From a virus: 64,000 nt of DNA. How positions within the stretch are numbered: the stretch's first letter is position 1; every line of letters begins with the position of its first letter. Shown here piece by piece: positions 38,860 to 47,439 of the stretch. The translations under genes were made by a program, and so were the position numbers. The notes beneath the pieces were generated by a model. That model ran no database searches and was not told the origin of the DNA. It saw only the letters and a program-made list of their open reading frames with translations. The stretch lies in IMG/VR virus record IMGVR_UViG_3300006916_000041, positions 64,001-128,000 of that record. One strand, written 5' to 3'.

Positions 38860-39010
38860 AAAATTAATTGAAGAGCTAAGATCAAGTGTTGAAAGAATCA
38901 ATCGCTTGGACAAGCTACTACAACAGTCTGGTGTAACATACAGTTTAAGTCGTAGCACACGTGACGAACCTTTTAAATTACAAGATGTAGTACAGAAAGT
39001 AGAGTATTAA
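38840..39010 (+). CDS. small hypothetical protein (56 aa, not in ORF track)
   Basis: MKEPRVEKLIEEL...; TAATG coupling to queE. Confidence 0.55.
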   Translation: MKEPRVEKLIEELRSSVERINRLDKLLQQSGVTYSLSRSTRDEPFKLQDVVQKVEY

Positions 39011-39903
39011 TGAAACTAAGATACAGTGAAGCATTTTACAGCGTACAAGGTGAAGGCAAATACGTAGGCGTACCCAGTGTATTCCTACGTACTTTTGGTT
39101 GTAACTTTCGCTGTATGAACTTTGGACTTCCCAAAGACAAAGATCGTTGGGAGCAACATCAAGAAGGCAATCGTTATAATCCAGAAGTAAAGGAATTAAT
39201 AGATAAAGGTGTACATTTAACAACTGTAAACTTTGAAGACTTGCCTATTATTCACACAGGTTGTGACACATATGCAAGTATCTATCCAGAGTTTAAGCAT
39301 TTTAATAAACAAGCTACTGTAGATGAAGTTGTAGATCATTTGATTAGTTTACTGCCAGAAGGTAAATGGACACAGGATAATGGTCAAGATATACATTTAA
39401 TTCTCACAGGCGGTGAACCTTTACTAGCATGGCAAAAATTATACGTCGAATTATTCGAGCATCCAAAGATGAAGGACTTGAAAAATGTCACATTTGAAAC
39501 AAACACTACACAACTATTACACGACGATCTGTTCGAGTATATCAATAATAATGACACAATTGAATGGACATTTAGTTGTAGCCCTAAACTTTCCGTCTCA
39601 GGAGAAACTTGGGAAACAGCTATCAAACCTGACGTCTTGCGGGATTACGCTCGTTGTGACAACAGTAATGTTTATCTCAAATTTGTTGTTGCTGATATGG
39701 ATGATGTTGATGAAGTTGGTAGAGCTGTTATGGAATATCGTAGTGCAGGTGTGGAGTGCCCTGTCTATCTTATGCCACTTGGCGGTCGTTCAGAAGGATA
39801 CGACCTTACGGTACAGGAGGTGGCGAAGTTATGTATGGAACAAGGCTGGAGATTTACCCCAAGACTCCACATCAGCTTATTCGGAAATGCCTGGGGAACT
39901 TGA
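39010..39903 (+). CDS. queE: 7-carboxy-7-deazaguanine synthase (radical SAM)
   Basis: EAFYSVQGEG, FLRTFGCNFRC...GCDT, TGGEP, ETN, SPKL, RLH. Confidence 0.92.
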   Translation: MKLRYSEAFYSVQGEGKYVGVPSVFLRTFGCNFRCMNFGLPKDKDRWEQHQEGNRYNPEVKELIDKGVHLTTVNFEDLPIIHTGCDTYASIYPEFKHFNKQATVDEVVDHLISLLPEGKWTQDNGQDIHLILTGGEPLLAWQKLYVELFEHPKMKDLKNVTFETNTTQLLHDDLFEYINNNDTIEWTFSCSPKLSVSGETWETAIKPDVLRDYARCDNSNVYLKFVVADMDDVDEVGRAVMEYRSAGVECPVYLMPLGGRSEGYDLTVQEVAKLCMEQGWRFTPRLHISLFGNAWGT

Positions 39904-39974
39904 TAAGATTGCCAAATACACCAAAGGCATACACACCGAAGAGCAATACGAAAAAATAAGGAAACAATTATAAC

Positions 39975-41063
39975 ATGAACAATTACATTTTTACTAGCGA
40001 AAGTGTTAGCGAAGGACACCCAGATAAAGTTGCAGACCAAATCTCAGACGCACTCGTTGATGCTGGTTTAGCAGCGGGAGATGAAACAACTCGTGTTGCT
40101 GTTGAAACACTTGTAACTACCAATCATGTAACATTGGCGGGCGAAGTAAAAAACTTCAATGTAAGCAAAGAAAAAATTAAAGAAATTGTACGCAACAAAG
40201 TTCGAGAGATTGGCTATGAGCAAGATGGTTTCCATTGGGATAATTTAAATATCTATAATGAAATTCATGCTCAAAGCGGTGACATTGCACTAGGTACAGA
40301 TGATTTTGGAGCAGGTGATCAAGGTATTATGTTTGGCTATGCTTGTAATGACAATGACGCATATATGCCAGCACCGATTTATTACTCGCACGAAATTCTA
40401 AAACGTTTGTGTGATATGCGCAAAGACGGTTATGAATACCTAGGACCAGACGCTAAATCACAAGTAAGTGTTGAATACGAAGGCGGGCGTGTAAAGCGTA
40501 TTGACCAAGTTGTTGTAAGTCAACAGCACCGCGAAGGGTTTGGAAATAGTGCTGTTATGCCAATTCGTGATGCTGTAAATGAAACATTAGGAGATTTGAT
40601 TGATAAAAATACTGTATGGCATATTAATCCTACAGGTAACTTTGTTATTGGCGGTCCAGATGGCGATGCTGGTGTCACTGGGCGCAAAATTATCGTTGAT
40701 ACTTATGGCGGTTTTGCCCCTCACGGTGGTGGTGCTTTTAGTGGAAAAGATCCTACAAAAGTAGATCGCAGTGCAGCATACATGGCACGTTGGCTTGCCA
40801 AAAATGTAGTAGCAGACGACATGGCAGATTGGTGTCAAATACAACTTAGCTATGCTATAGGTGTTAAAGAGCCGACGAGTATCTATGTTGATTCAAATGG
40901 ACATAATCGTTCAATTCAAAAGTTTATTGAGAACAATATTGACTTAACACCAAAAGGTATTATTGATAGATTTGACTTATTTAACTTTACACAGTATAGT
41001 AGTAACTGTACATATGGACACTTTGGAAACAAAGATGTTCCTTGGGAACGTATAGGTTGGTAA
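39975..41063 (+). CDS. metK: S-adenosylmethionine synthetase
   Basis: SESVSEGHPDK, GAGDQG, GGGAFSGKD. Confidence 0.96.
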   Translation: MNNYIFTSESVSEGHPDKVADQISDALVDAGLAAGDETTRVAVETLVTTNHVTLAGEVKNFNVSKEKIKEIVRNKVREIGYEQDGFHWDNLNIYNEIHAQSGDIALGTDDFGAGDQGIMFGYACNDNDAYMPAPIYYSHEILKRLCDMRKDGYEYLGPDAKSQVSVEYEGGRVKRIDQVVVSQQHREGFGNSAVMPIRDAVNETLGDLIDKNTVWHINPTGNFVIGGPDGDAGVTGRKIIVDTYGGFAPHGGGAFSGKDPTKVDRSAAYMARWLAKNVVADDMADWCQIQLSYAIGVKEPTSIYVDSNGHNRSIQKFIENNIDLTPKGIIDRFDLFNFTQYSSNCTYGHFGNKDVPWERIGW

Positions 41064-41081
41064 ATAATAGTAGAGAACAGT

Positions 41082-41363
41082 ATGTTAGACAAACTCAAAA
41101 ATATTTTTAATAAAAGTAAAGATATAGAAACCAAAGAACAAGCCGTCGGACCTTGGGTTAAAGTGGTTGAAGTACACTTTGATAAAGAAAATCCACAACG
41201 TGGTTATTTTGAACTGGACTGGAATGAAGACTTTGTTGGTTTATTAGGCGAAGCAGGTTATGCAGGGCCTACTCCAGAAGCTGTTGTTGATCTATGGTTC
41301 AATGATCTCTGCCGTAGCATTGTGTTAGAACAAGAGTTAGCAGGCAATGATGTTCAACAATAA
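41082..41363 (+). CDS. hypothetical protein
   Basis: GYFELDWN motif; TAAATA upstream. Confidence 0.65.
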   Translation: MLDKLKNIFNKSKDIETKEQAVGPWVKVVEVHFDKENPQRGYFELDWNEDFVGLLGEAGYAGPTPEAVVDLWFNDLCRSIVLEQELAGNDVQQ

Positions 41364-41835
41364 ACAAGTTGAAGAACTAATAAATTTACTAACAACATTA
41401 AATGAAAAAACTAAAATTTATTTTGGATGTGACAGTGTCAGAGTTATCAAAAATAACATCTGGTATGCACGTTTTGCCACAGTGGTAATAGTACACAAAA
41501 ACGGTAATAATGGTTGCCGTTTGTTTAGTCACGAAAGCACAGAAATAGATTATGATGTTAGACAAAACAGACCTAAAATGAGATTGATGCACGAAGCAAT
41601 GAAAGTTTGCGATGCATACCTACAACTTGCACCTTTAATAGACGAGTTTGATTGTGAAATACATTTGGATATTAATAGCGATCCTGGTGCAGGAAGTTAT
41701 TGTGCTGCTAAAGAAGCTGCTGGTTATGTGTTGGGTATGACTGGTGTTGAGCCTAAACTAAAACCGCACGGATTTGCTGCTAGCTATGGCGCAGACGGTG
41801 TAGCACACGGACGCAGTCAGAAAATACAAGTATAA
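41347..41835 (+). CDS. RNase H-like YkuK/DUF458 family protein
   Basis: IYFGCDS, RLMHE, EIHLDIN, KP..FAAS..AD. Confidence 0.78.
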   Translation: MMFNNKQVEELINLLTTLNEKTKIYFGCDSVRVIKNNIWYARFATVVIVHKNGNNGCRLFSHESTEIDYDVRQNRPKMRLMHEAMKVCDAYLQLAPLIDEFDCEIHLDINSDPGAGSYCAAKEAAGYVLGMTGVEPKLKPHGFAASYGADGVAHGRSQKIQV

Positions 41836-41838
41836 TGA

Positions 41839-42054
41839 ATGAGCGAATTTACAAGATCATATCAAGCAATCAAAGGTACATTGTTCCGTACCGCAGTGTA
41901 TACAATAGGACACTTTCTTATTGCTGCAATGTGTGTAATGTATTTTACAGGCGCACCTTTTTACATTGCTATTACTGATGCTATAGTAGAACCATTGCTT
42001 AATGCAGTATGGTTTTTTGTATTGGACAGAGTATGGATATCAAAAAATACATAA
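41839..42054 (+). CDS. DUF2061-like small membrane protein
   Basis: RTAVYTIGH...VEP..NAVWFFVLDRVW. Confidence 0.6.
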   Translation: MSEFTRSYQAIKGTLFRTAVYTIGHFLIAAMCVMYFTGAPFYIAITDAIVEPLLNAVWFFVLDRVWISKNT

Positions 42055-42158
42055 TGGATACAAAATTATTTTGGCATATATATTTTTGGTGGAGAATACG
42101 CCAAGCACGTAAACAAAGATTAGAACGTGCTAAACAAGGAAAGTCGCCGTTACTATGA
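42054..42158 (+). CDS. 34-aa peptide (not in ORF track)
   Basis: MDTKLFWHIYFWWRIRQ...; coupled on both sides. Confidence 0.45.
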   Translation: MDTKLFWHIYFWWRIRQARKQRLERAKQGKSPLL

Positions 42159-42382
42159 ATGATGAACCTAAATTAATATTACTCACAGACATTATTGAAC
42201 AAAAAGTACGCAAAGAAAAAGAACTGGAATTCTATCAAGCTGAACTAGCCAAACTACAAGAAAAAATGTATTGGCTCAAACGTGATATCGATGTCAACAA
42301 TATAATCATTGACATGATCAAAAGTGAAAAAGTGTTGGACATCAAAGACAACATGGAAAAACGATTGATAGATGACAAGTAA
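42155..42382 (+). CDS. coiled-coil hypothetical protein
   Basis: RKEKELEFYQAELAKLQEK. Confidence 0.65.
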   Translation: MNDEPKLILLTDIIEQKVRKEKELEFYQAELAKLQEKMYWLKRDIDVNNIIIDMIKSEKVLDIKDNMEKRLIDDK

Positions 42383-42389
42383 AAAAAAC

Positions 42390-42418
42390 TTGACACTCGC
42401 TGGGTTATATCGTATTAT
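42390..42418 (+). promoter_or_regulatory. sigma70-like promoter inside an inverted repeat
   Basis: TTGACA-N17-TATTAT; arms ACTCGCTGGGTT / AACCTAGCGAGT. Confidence 0.65.
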
Positions 42419-42448
42419 ATGATAGTAACAACCTAGCGAGTTTTTTTT

Positions 42449-43429
42449 ATGACATATATTCTTGTAGATACAGCAAACATGTTTTTTCGTGCTAGACACG
42501 TAGTACGAGGCGATAGTATTGAAACTAAAATTGGCATGGCATATCATATTATGTTTGCTAGTATTCTCAAAGCATACAGAGACTTTAAAGGCAGTCATGT
42601 TGTATTCTGTTTAGAAGGACGCAGTTGGCGCAAAGATTTTTATGAGCCTTATAAAAAGAATAGACAAGCTGCACGTGATGCACTAACACCTAAGGAACAA
42701 GAAGAAGATCGTGCATATTGGGAAGCGTTTGATGAACTAAAAGAGTTTATGGACAAGAAGACCAACTGTACTGTACTGCAAGATCCACAATGTGAAGCAG
42801 ATGACTTTATTGCACGTTGGATACAAAATCACCCCGATGATGAACATGTAATTGTCAGCAGTGACAGTGACTTTTATCAACTGTTAACTGATAAAGTGTC
42901 GCAATACAACGGCATTACCAATCAGCACATTCGCTTGGATGGTGTTTACAACGATAAAGGCAAACCTGTCATGGATAATAAGACAGGAGAACAAAAACAA
43001 ATTGGCGATCCTAATTGGTTGCTGTTTGAAAAGTGTATCAGGGGTGACACTAGCGACAACGTGTTTAGTGCTTATCCTGGCGCACGTAAAAAGGGAACTA
43101 AGAATAAAATTGGCATGCTTGAAGCCTTTGAAGACAAAGATTCAAAAGGCTTTAACTGGAACAATTTTATGCTACAAAGATGGACTGATCACAACGGCGA
43201 AGAACATAGAGTGCTTGACGACTATCAGCGCAATCGCACACTTATTGATCTCACACAACAACCCGATGAGATTAAAACTGTGTTAGATGAAGCTATTACT
43301 AAACAGGTACAGAAGATTCCTGCTAGTATGGTAGGTGTACACTTTATGCGTTTTTGTGGTAAATGGGACTTGCAACGTATTAGCCAAAGTGCAGAAGCAC
43401 ACAGTGATTACTTGAACAGTGCTTACTAA
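42449..43429 (+). CDS. rnh: T4-type RNase H / 5'-3' flap exonuclease
   Basis: ILVD..N, WRK.FY..YK.NR, EADD, SSDSDF.QL, GDTSDN. Confidence 0.9.
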   Translation: MTYILVDTANMFFRARHVVRGDSIETKIGMAYHIMFASILKAYRDFKGSHVVFCLEGRSWRKDFYEPYKKNRQAARDALTPKEQEEDRAYWEAFDELKEFMDKKTNCTVLQDPQCEADDFIARWIQNHPDDEHVIVSSDSDFYQLLTDKVSQYNGITNQHIRLDGVYNDKGKPVMDNKTGEQKQIGDPNWLLFEKCIRGDTSDNVFSAYPGARKKGTKNKIGMLEAFEDKDSKGFNWNNFMLQRWTDHNGEEHRVLDDYQRNRTLIDLTQQPDEIKTVLDEAITKQVQKIPASMVGVHFMRFCGKWDLQRISQSAEAHSDYLNSAY

Positions 43430-43430
43430 A

Positions 43431-43943
43431 ATGGGTAAATACTTACAAGCAAAAGAAGTTGTAGAAAACAGTTTCTGGATAGTCGAACGCAAAGGTGCTA
43501 AAGTTGGCACACTCCGTCGCAAAGCAGATGGCTATGTTTTTTATGAGAACACTGCTGGCACAGAAACTGTGTTGGATAGCCTAGACGGATTTAAAATAGA
43601 GAAACAAAAACAGAAAAGCTCTGTTAATGTTTCTATCTTTGGGTTTCCAACGAACATTGATACTGTGTACAACGAACAGCTACAAGATAATGTGGCGGTA
43701 TACACTAAAACCGCCAATAGTCAACAATATTTTGTGGCTGGTTATTGGGGAATACTTTTTCCTATGGGCTGGCGACCGAGCTTTTGTCCTAGGTTAAAGA
43801 CACTAAAAGAGTATACACATTTGGGACCGTTTACAAACGAAGCTGATATGTATCTTGCCATAAAACGAAAGGGGCAAGAAGATGAAAAAAATATTAAGTT
43901 TGTTACTGTTCGTTCCGATGATAGCATGGGCACAGGACAATAA
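43431..43943 (+). CDS. hypothetical protein
   Basis: ORF; YFVAGYW...FCPRL motif. Confidence 0.65.
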   Translation: MGKYLQAKEVVENSFWIVERKGAKVGTLRRKADGYVFYENTAGTETVLDSLDGFKIEKQKQKSSVNVSIFGFPTNIDTVYNEQLQDNVAVYTKTANSQQYFVAGYWGILFPMGWRPSFCPRLKTLKEYTHLGPFTNEADMYLAIKRKGQEDEKNIKFVTVRSDDSMGTGQ

Positions 43944-44250
43944 TCAACAACAAATGCCGGGATCGCTAGGGCTGACTACTGTAGCACCATGTGATCCAGT
44001 TCCAAAAATGTTTGGAGTTATTGAAAAATACAGAGAAGGATTGCTGTTCAGCGGAACAGGCATGACATTCTTGCCAAACCGTCGACCTGTAACAGGTGGA
44101 TTGTTTATTTTTGTTAATCAAGACAAAGGCACATTCAGTGTTGTGCAAGTTTTCAACGATGGCGTAGCTTGTATGCTAGCCAATGGTAGAGACTTTGAAC
44201 CATATGGCGGTGTGCAACCTTGGGAAAAGAAACAAGGAGAAGACGGATGA
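43882..44250 (+). CDS. exported hypothetical protein
   Basis: signal peptide MKKILSLLLFVPMIAWA; two Cys. Confidence 0.65.
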   Translation: MKKILSLLLFVPMIAWAQDNNQQQMPGSLGLTTVAPCDPVPKMFGVIEKYREGLLFSGTGMTFLPNRRPVTGGLFIFVNQDKGTFSVVQVFNDGVACMLANGRDFEPYGGVQPWEKKQGEDG

Positions 44251-44546
44251 ATTGGGCAATAGTTTTTTATGCACTAATAGCACCATTGGACGGTGGTGAG
44301 GCTAGCGAACACATTAGTTGGGGACTTACTTTTGGTCATCACGAACAGTGTATTACATTTTTTGAAAGAAACAAAAGTAACTTGCTTGAAGGTTTAGCAA
44401 CATACGCCAGTCAACAATTTGATCAACCAATAAAGTTACAAGAAATTGGATGCGCTCATGCTAGAGCAGATTTCAGTGTTCCAGCTGAGGACAGAACTCC
44501 TGAACTAACACTAAAAATGCCAGTCTGGAACGGAACAGAAACATGA
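44247..44546 (+). CDS. small exported two-Cys protein
   Basis: MNWAIVFYAL...TFGHHEQC...IGC. Confidence 0.6.
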   Translation: MNWAIVFYALIAPLDGGEASEHISWGLTFGHHEQCITFFERNKSNLLEGLATYASQQFDQPIKLQEIGCAHARADFSVPAEDRTPELTLKMPVWNGTET

Positions 44547-44785
44547 ATTGGTTAATAGTGGTAGTGTTTGCTACAATGACAGGTGATGTATACATATTCA
44601 CTGATCCTAAATTTGATACACGTGAAGAATGTGTGGCATCTATTAAAGATCCAAACATGGTACCTGTGTACTCAAAAAAACTAGTAGAAGAGTATGGGCG
44701 TTTGTTGCCAATTATAGGATTAAATTGTTTGCAAGAAGATGAAATCAAAAAAATAATAAAAGGTGTGAAAGAATCCAAAGCATGA
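44543..44785 (+). CDS. small exported two-Cys protein
   Basis: MNWLIVVVF...KFDTREEC...LNC. Confidence 0.65.
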   Translation: MNWLIVVVFATMTGDVYIFTDPKFDTREECVASIKDPNMVPVYSKKLVEEYGRLLPIIGLNCLQEDEIKKIIKGVKESKA

Positions 44786-44985
44786 AGTGGATGTTAATTT
44801 ATATCTTAATTAGCAATGGTGAACCAATGGCAATAAATGCATATGGTCCTCGACACACATTCGATGACATGTATGATTGTTTTCATGCTAGAGAAAGTCT
44901 AAGCGAAAAGATAGGAACCGGGCAAGGGTATTTTGGAAATAACCAACAAGCTGTTTGTGTTCCAGTAGAATCTACCAACACTTAA
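44782..44985 (+). CDS. small exported two-Cys protein
   Basis: MKWMLIYILI...TFDDMYDC...AVC. Confidence 0.65.
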   Translation: MKWMLIYILISNGEPMAINAYGPRHTFDDMYDCFHARESLSEKIGTGQGYFGNNQQAVCVPVESTNT

Positions 44986-45038
44986 ACTCATAATTCTATA
45001 CCGTTTTAACTAAATACATTAAAGCAGTAGAGAATGAA

Positions 45039-45350
45039 ATGGCAAGACCAAAACCAAAAATACTAATGGAGTTTACAGATCCAAAAAGTTATCGCAGTGA
45101 ACAAATACTAGCAGCAGATGCAATCTATGCAGTGTTTCATGATAACAAGCCGATTAACCTAAGAAGCTTAAATAGTCTTGTAAACTTTCCAGGACCAAAA
45201 TATAAAAAGGTAAGTTTTAGCAACAGCGGGCATGCGTTTAATCTAGCAACTAGATTAAATAAATTGTTCAAAACAGACAAATTTACAGTGGTAAAACTGT
45301 TACAAGGCGAAACAATAGTTGAAGACGATGGTGAACAAGGAATGGTATAA
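45039..45350 (+). CDS. basic hypothetical protein
   Basis: MARPKPKIL...PKYKKVSFSNSGHA.NLA; late promoter upstream. Confidence 0.7.
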   Translation: MARPKPKILMEFTDPKSYRSEQILAADAIYAVFHDNKPINLRSLNSLVNFPGPKYKKVSFSNSGHAFNLATRLNKLFKTDKFTVVKLLQGETIVEDDGEQGMV

Positions 45351-45675
45351 TCAAATATTGGCTCATGCACAACGTACCAAACCTGAAACCAAAATACAAG
45401 ACCTTTTTAAAAATTACAGAAATAATCACGGGCTCAGCTTGACCAAGCTGGGCCTTCATGTAATATCCAGCATGGATATAGAACGTGAAGATTTTAATTT
45501 ACCCAACATAAAAATCACTCCTAGAGTAAGACTACTGCTGGACAGATACATGCAGTATCCCTATTACTTTGAAAAAAAGTGGTTGGTGTTGTTTAGCACA
45601 GAAGATCGCATATTCTACAAGATGTACGGCAAAGACTGGGATAGTTTTGTAGAACACATGGAAGAAAATCTTTAA
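45328..45675 (+). CDS. hypothetical protein
   Basis: GLSLTKLG...LDRYMQYPYY. Confidence 0.65.
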   Translation: MVNKEWYNQILAHAQRTKPETKIQDLFKNYRNNHGLSLTKLGLHVISSMDIEREDFNLPNIKITPRVRLLLDRYMQYPYYFEKKWLVLFSTEDRIFYKMYGKDWDSFVEHMEENL

Positions 45676-45702
45676 AAAAGACAAAAAACTTGCAAAAAAA
45701 GG

Positions 45703-45731
45703 TTGACAAGTAAGACATCTTGCTGTATATT
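45703..45731 (+). promoter_or_regulatory. strong sigma70-like early promoter
   Basis: A-tract then GGTTGACA-N17-TATATT with extended TG. Confidence 0.75.
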
Positions 45732-45764
45732 ATAAGTGTAAGTTAAGAAAAAACGGAGAAACAC

Positions 45765-46163
45765 ATGTTTGACCAAACAGTAAAATTTGAAGATGTTGAC
45801 ACTGATACACTGTGCATTGAACACTTTGATGATATGCAACAAGAACTAGGCATGTCAACTGTTTGGAGCATGTGGGATGGCGGCACTATGTCCGCAGACC
45901 ATGCTATCTTTACTCCCAAGCATCACCGAGTTGTTTATGAATTTGTGCGTGATGACGCTACTTCAGAAGAGATTTACGCAGACCTAGAAGATGGCGGTAA
46001 ACGCTCAATGGCGCAAGTTAGTTCTTTTGCAGTAGACGGAACAGTTAAAAGTTTATGGGCGGCTGCTGAAAGCTGCATCAAACAAAGCGGAACACATCAT
46101 CAGTTCATTGAAGATTTTGAAGTCAATGAAGATGGAACACTAGAATTGATCACCGGCTCTTAA
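45765..46163 (+). CDS. hypothetical early protein
   Basis: SD GGAG; HHQFIEDF motif. Confidence 0.7.
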   Translation: MFDQTVKFEDVDTDTLCIEHFDDMQQELGMSTVWSMWDGGTMSADHAIFTPKHHRVVYEFVRDDATSEEIYADLEDGGKRSMAQVSSFAVDGTVKSLWAAAESCIKQSGTHHQFIEDFEVNEDGTLELITGS

Positions 46164-46167
46164 AAGG

Positions 46168-46195
46168 TTGACACAGACTTTTAAGATGCTACAAT
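46168..46195 (+). promoter_or_regulatory. sigma70-like early promoter
   Basis: AAAAGGTTGACA-N16-TACAAT with TG. Confidence 0.7.
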
Positions 46196-46232
46196 ATTAG
46201 TATAGTTAGAAACAAACCCAGGAGTATTAACT

Positions 46233-47330
46233 ATGTCTATGGAAACACAAACCCGTACAGTTACACTAAAAGAGCTTAAAAAGTATGCAATGCATAACTT
46301 TAAAAAGCAACGTCCAATGTTTGTTTGGGGTCCTCCCGGCATTGGCAAATCTGAGACTTTTGAGCAGATCAAAGTCAGCTATGAAGAAAAAGGTCTTCGT
46401 GCTAAATTGATCGATGCTCGTTTGGCACTGTGGGATCCTACAGATCTCAAAGGCTATCCTTACTTTGATCAGGAAGCAAACCGCATGCGTTTTAGTGTGC
46501 CAGATGAATTGCCCACCGAAGATGATGCCAAAGAATATGATATTATTATCCTGTTCTTAGACGAACTCAACGGTGCGGCACCTGCTACACAGGCTGCGGC
46601 ATATCAGTTGATTCTCAACCGTGCAATTGGCAAGTACAAGCTACCAGACAATGTTGTGATTGCGGCAGCTGGTAACCGAGACACTGACAAAGGTGTTACC
46701 TATCGCATGCCCAAGCCGTTAGCAAACCGCTTCCTACACTACGAAGTGCGTGTTGATTTTGACACTTGGTTTGACTGGGCTGTTAAAAACAACATTCACC
46801 CAGACGTAGTAGGTTACTTGCAAACCTTTAAAAATCACCTTTACAACTTTGATGCTGGCAGCAACGAGCGTTCGTTTGCTACACCACGCAGTTGGACCTT
46901 TGTGTCAGAAACACTGGATGATGTTGATGACTTTACCGAAGAGGAAATCACTGACATGGTGTCAGCTGGTATCGGTGAAGGACTTGCGCTACAGTTTAAA
47001 GCACACCGCGAAGTTAGTGGTCAGTTGCCTAACCCAACAGACATTTTGGATGGTAAGGTAAAAGACCTTAAAACAGACAACATCAGTGCAAAATATTCAT
47101 TGACCACTGCACTGTGCTATGAACTTAAAACTGCTTTCGACAACGACGACAAGGGCAATGAAAAGTTTGATAACTTCCTTGAGTTTATGCAAAACAACTT
47201 CGAAAGCGAAATGGTTGTGATGGGTGCTACAGTTGCTCTTAGCAAATATGGTATCCGTCCAAAGTTCAATCAACTTAAAAACTACAAGCCATTCATTCAA
47301 CAGTATGGCAAGTTGATTGAGCAAGCATAG
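46233..47330 (+). CDS. MoxR-type AAA+ ATPase
   Basis: WGPPGIGKS, LFLDELN, AAGN, PLANRF, TPRSW. Confidence 0.9.
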   Translation: MSMETQTRTVTLKELKKYAMHNFKKQRPMFVWGPPGIGKSETFEQIKVSYEEKGLRAKLIDARLALWDPTDLKGYPYFDQEANRMRFSVPDELPTEDDAKEYDIIILFLDELNGAAPATQAAAYQLILNRAIGKYKLPDNVVIAAAGNRDTDKGVTYRMPKPLANRFLHYEVRVDFDTWFDWAVKNNIHPDVVGYLQTFKNHLYNFDAGSNERSFATPRSWTFVSETLDDVDDFTEEEITDMVSAGIGEGLALQFKAHREVSGQLPNPTDILDGKVKDLKTDNISAKYSLTTALCYELKTAFDNDDKGNEKFDNFLEFMQNNFESEMVVMGATVALSKYGIRPKFNQLKNYKPFIQQYGKLIEQA

Positions 47331-47348
47331 GCAACTATGCTCCTGGGA

Positions 47349-47377
47349 GATAATAGGGCTGTAATGGCCCTATTATC
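47349..47377 (+). terminator. hairpin/terminator
   Basis: perfect 11-bp stem GATAATAGGGC/GCCCTATTATC. Confidence 0.6.
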
Positions 47378-47387
47378 ATTTAAAAGG

Positions 47388-47415
47388 TTGACATCTAGGC
47401 AAGATATGTTACTAT
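47388..47415 (+). promoter_or_regulatory. sigma70-like early promoter
   Basis: AAAAGGTTGACA-N16-TACTAT with TG. Confidence 0.7.
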
Positions 47416-47439
47416 ATAAGTATAGCAAAGAACACAGGA

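Noticed and set aside
39485-39973. 162-aa ORF overlapping the queE 3' end as a programmed frameshift product
   Set aside because: QueE ends normally at GNAWGT and no slippery site was identified; at most a short peptide fills the gap.
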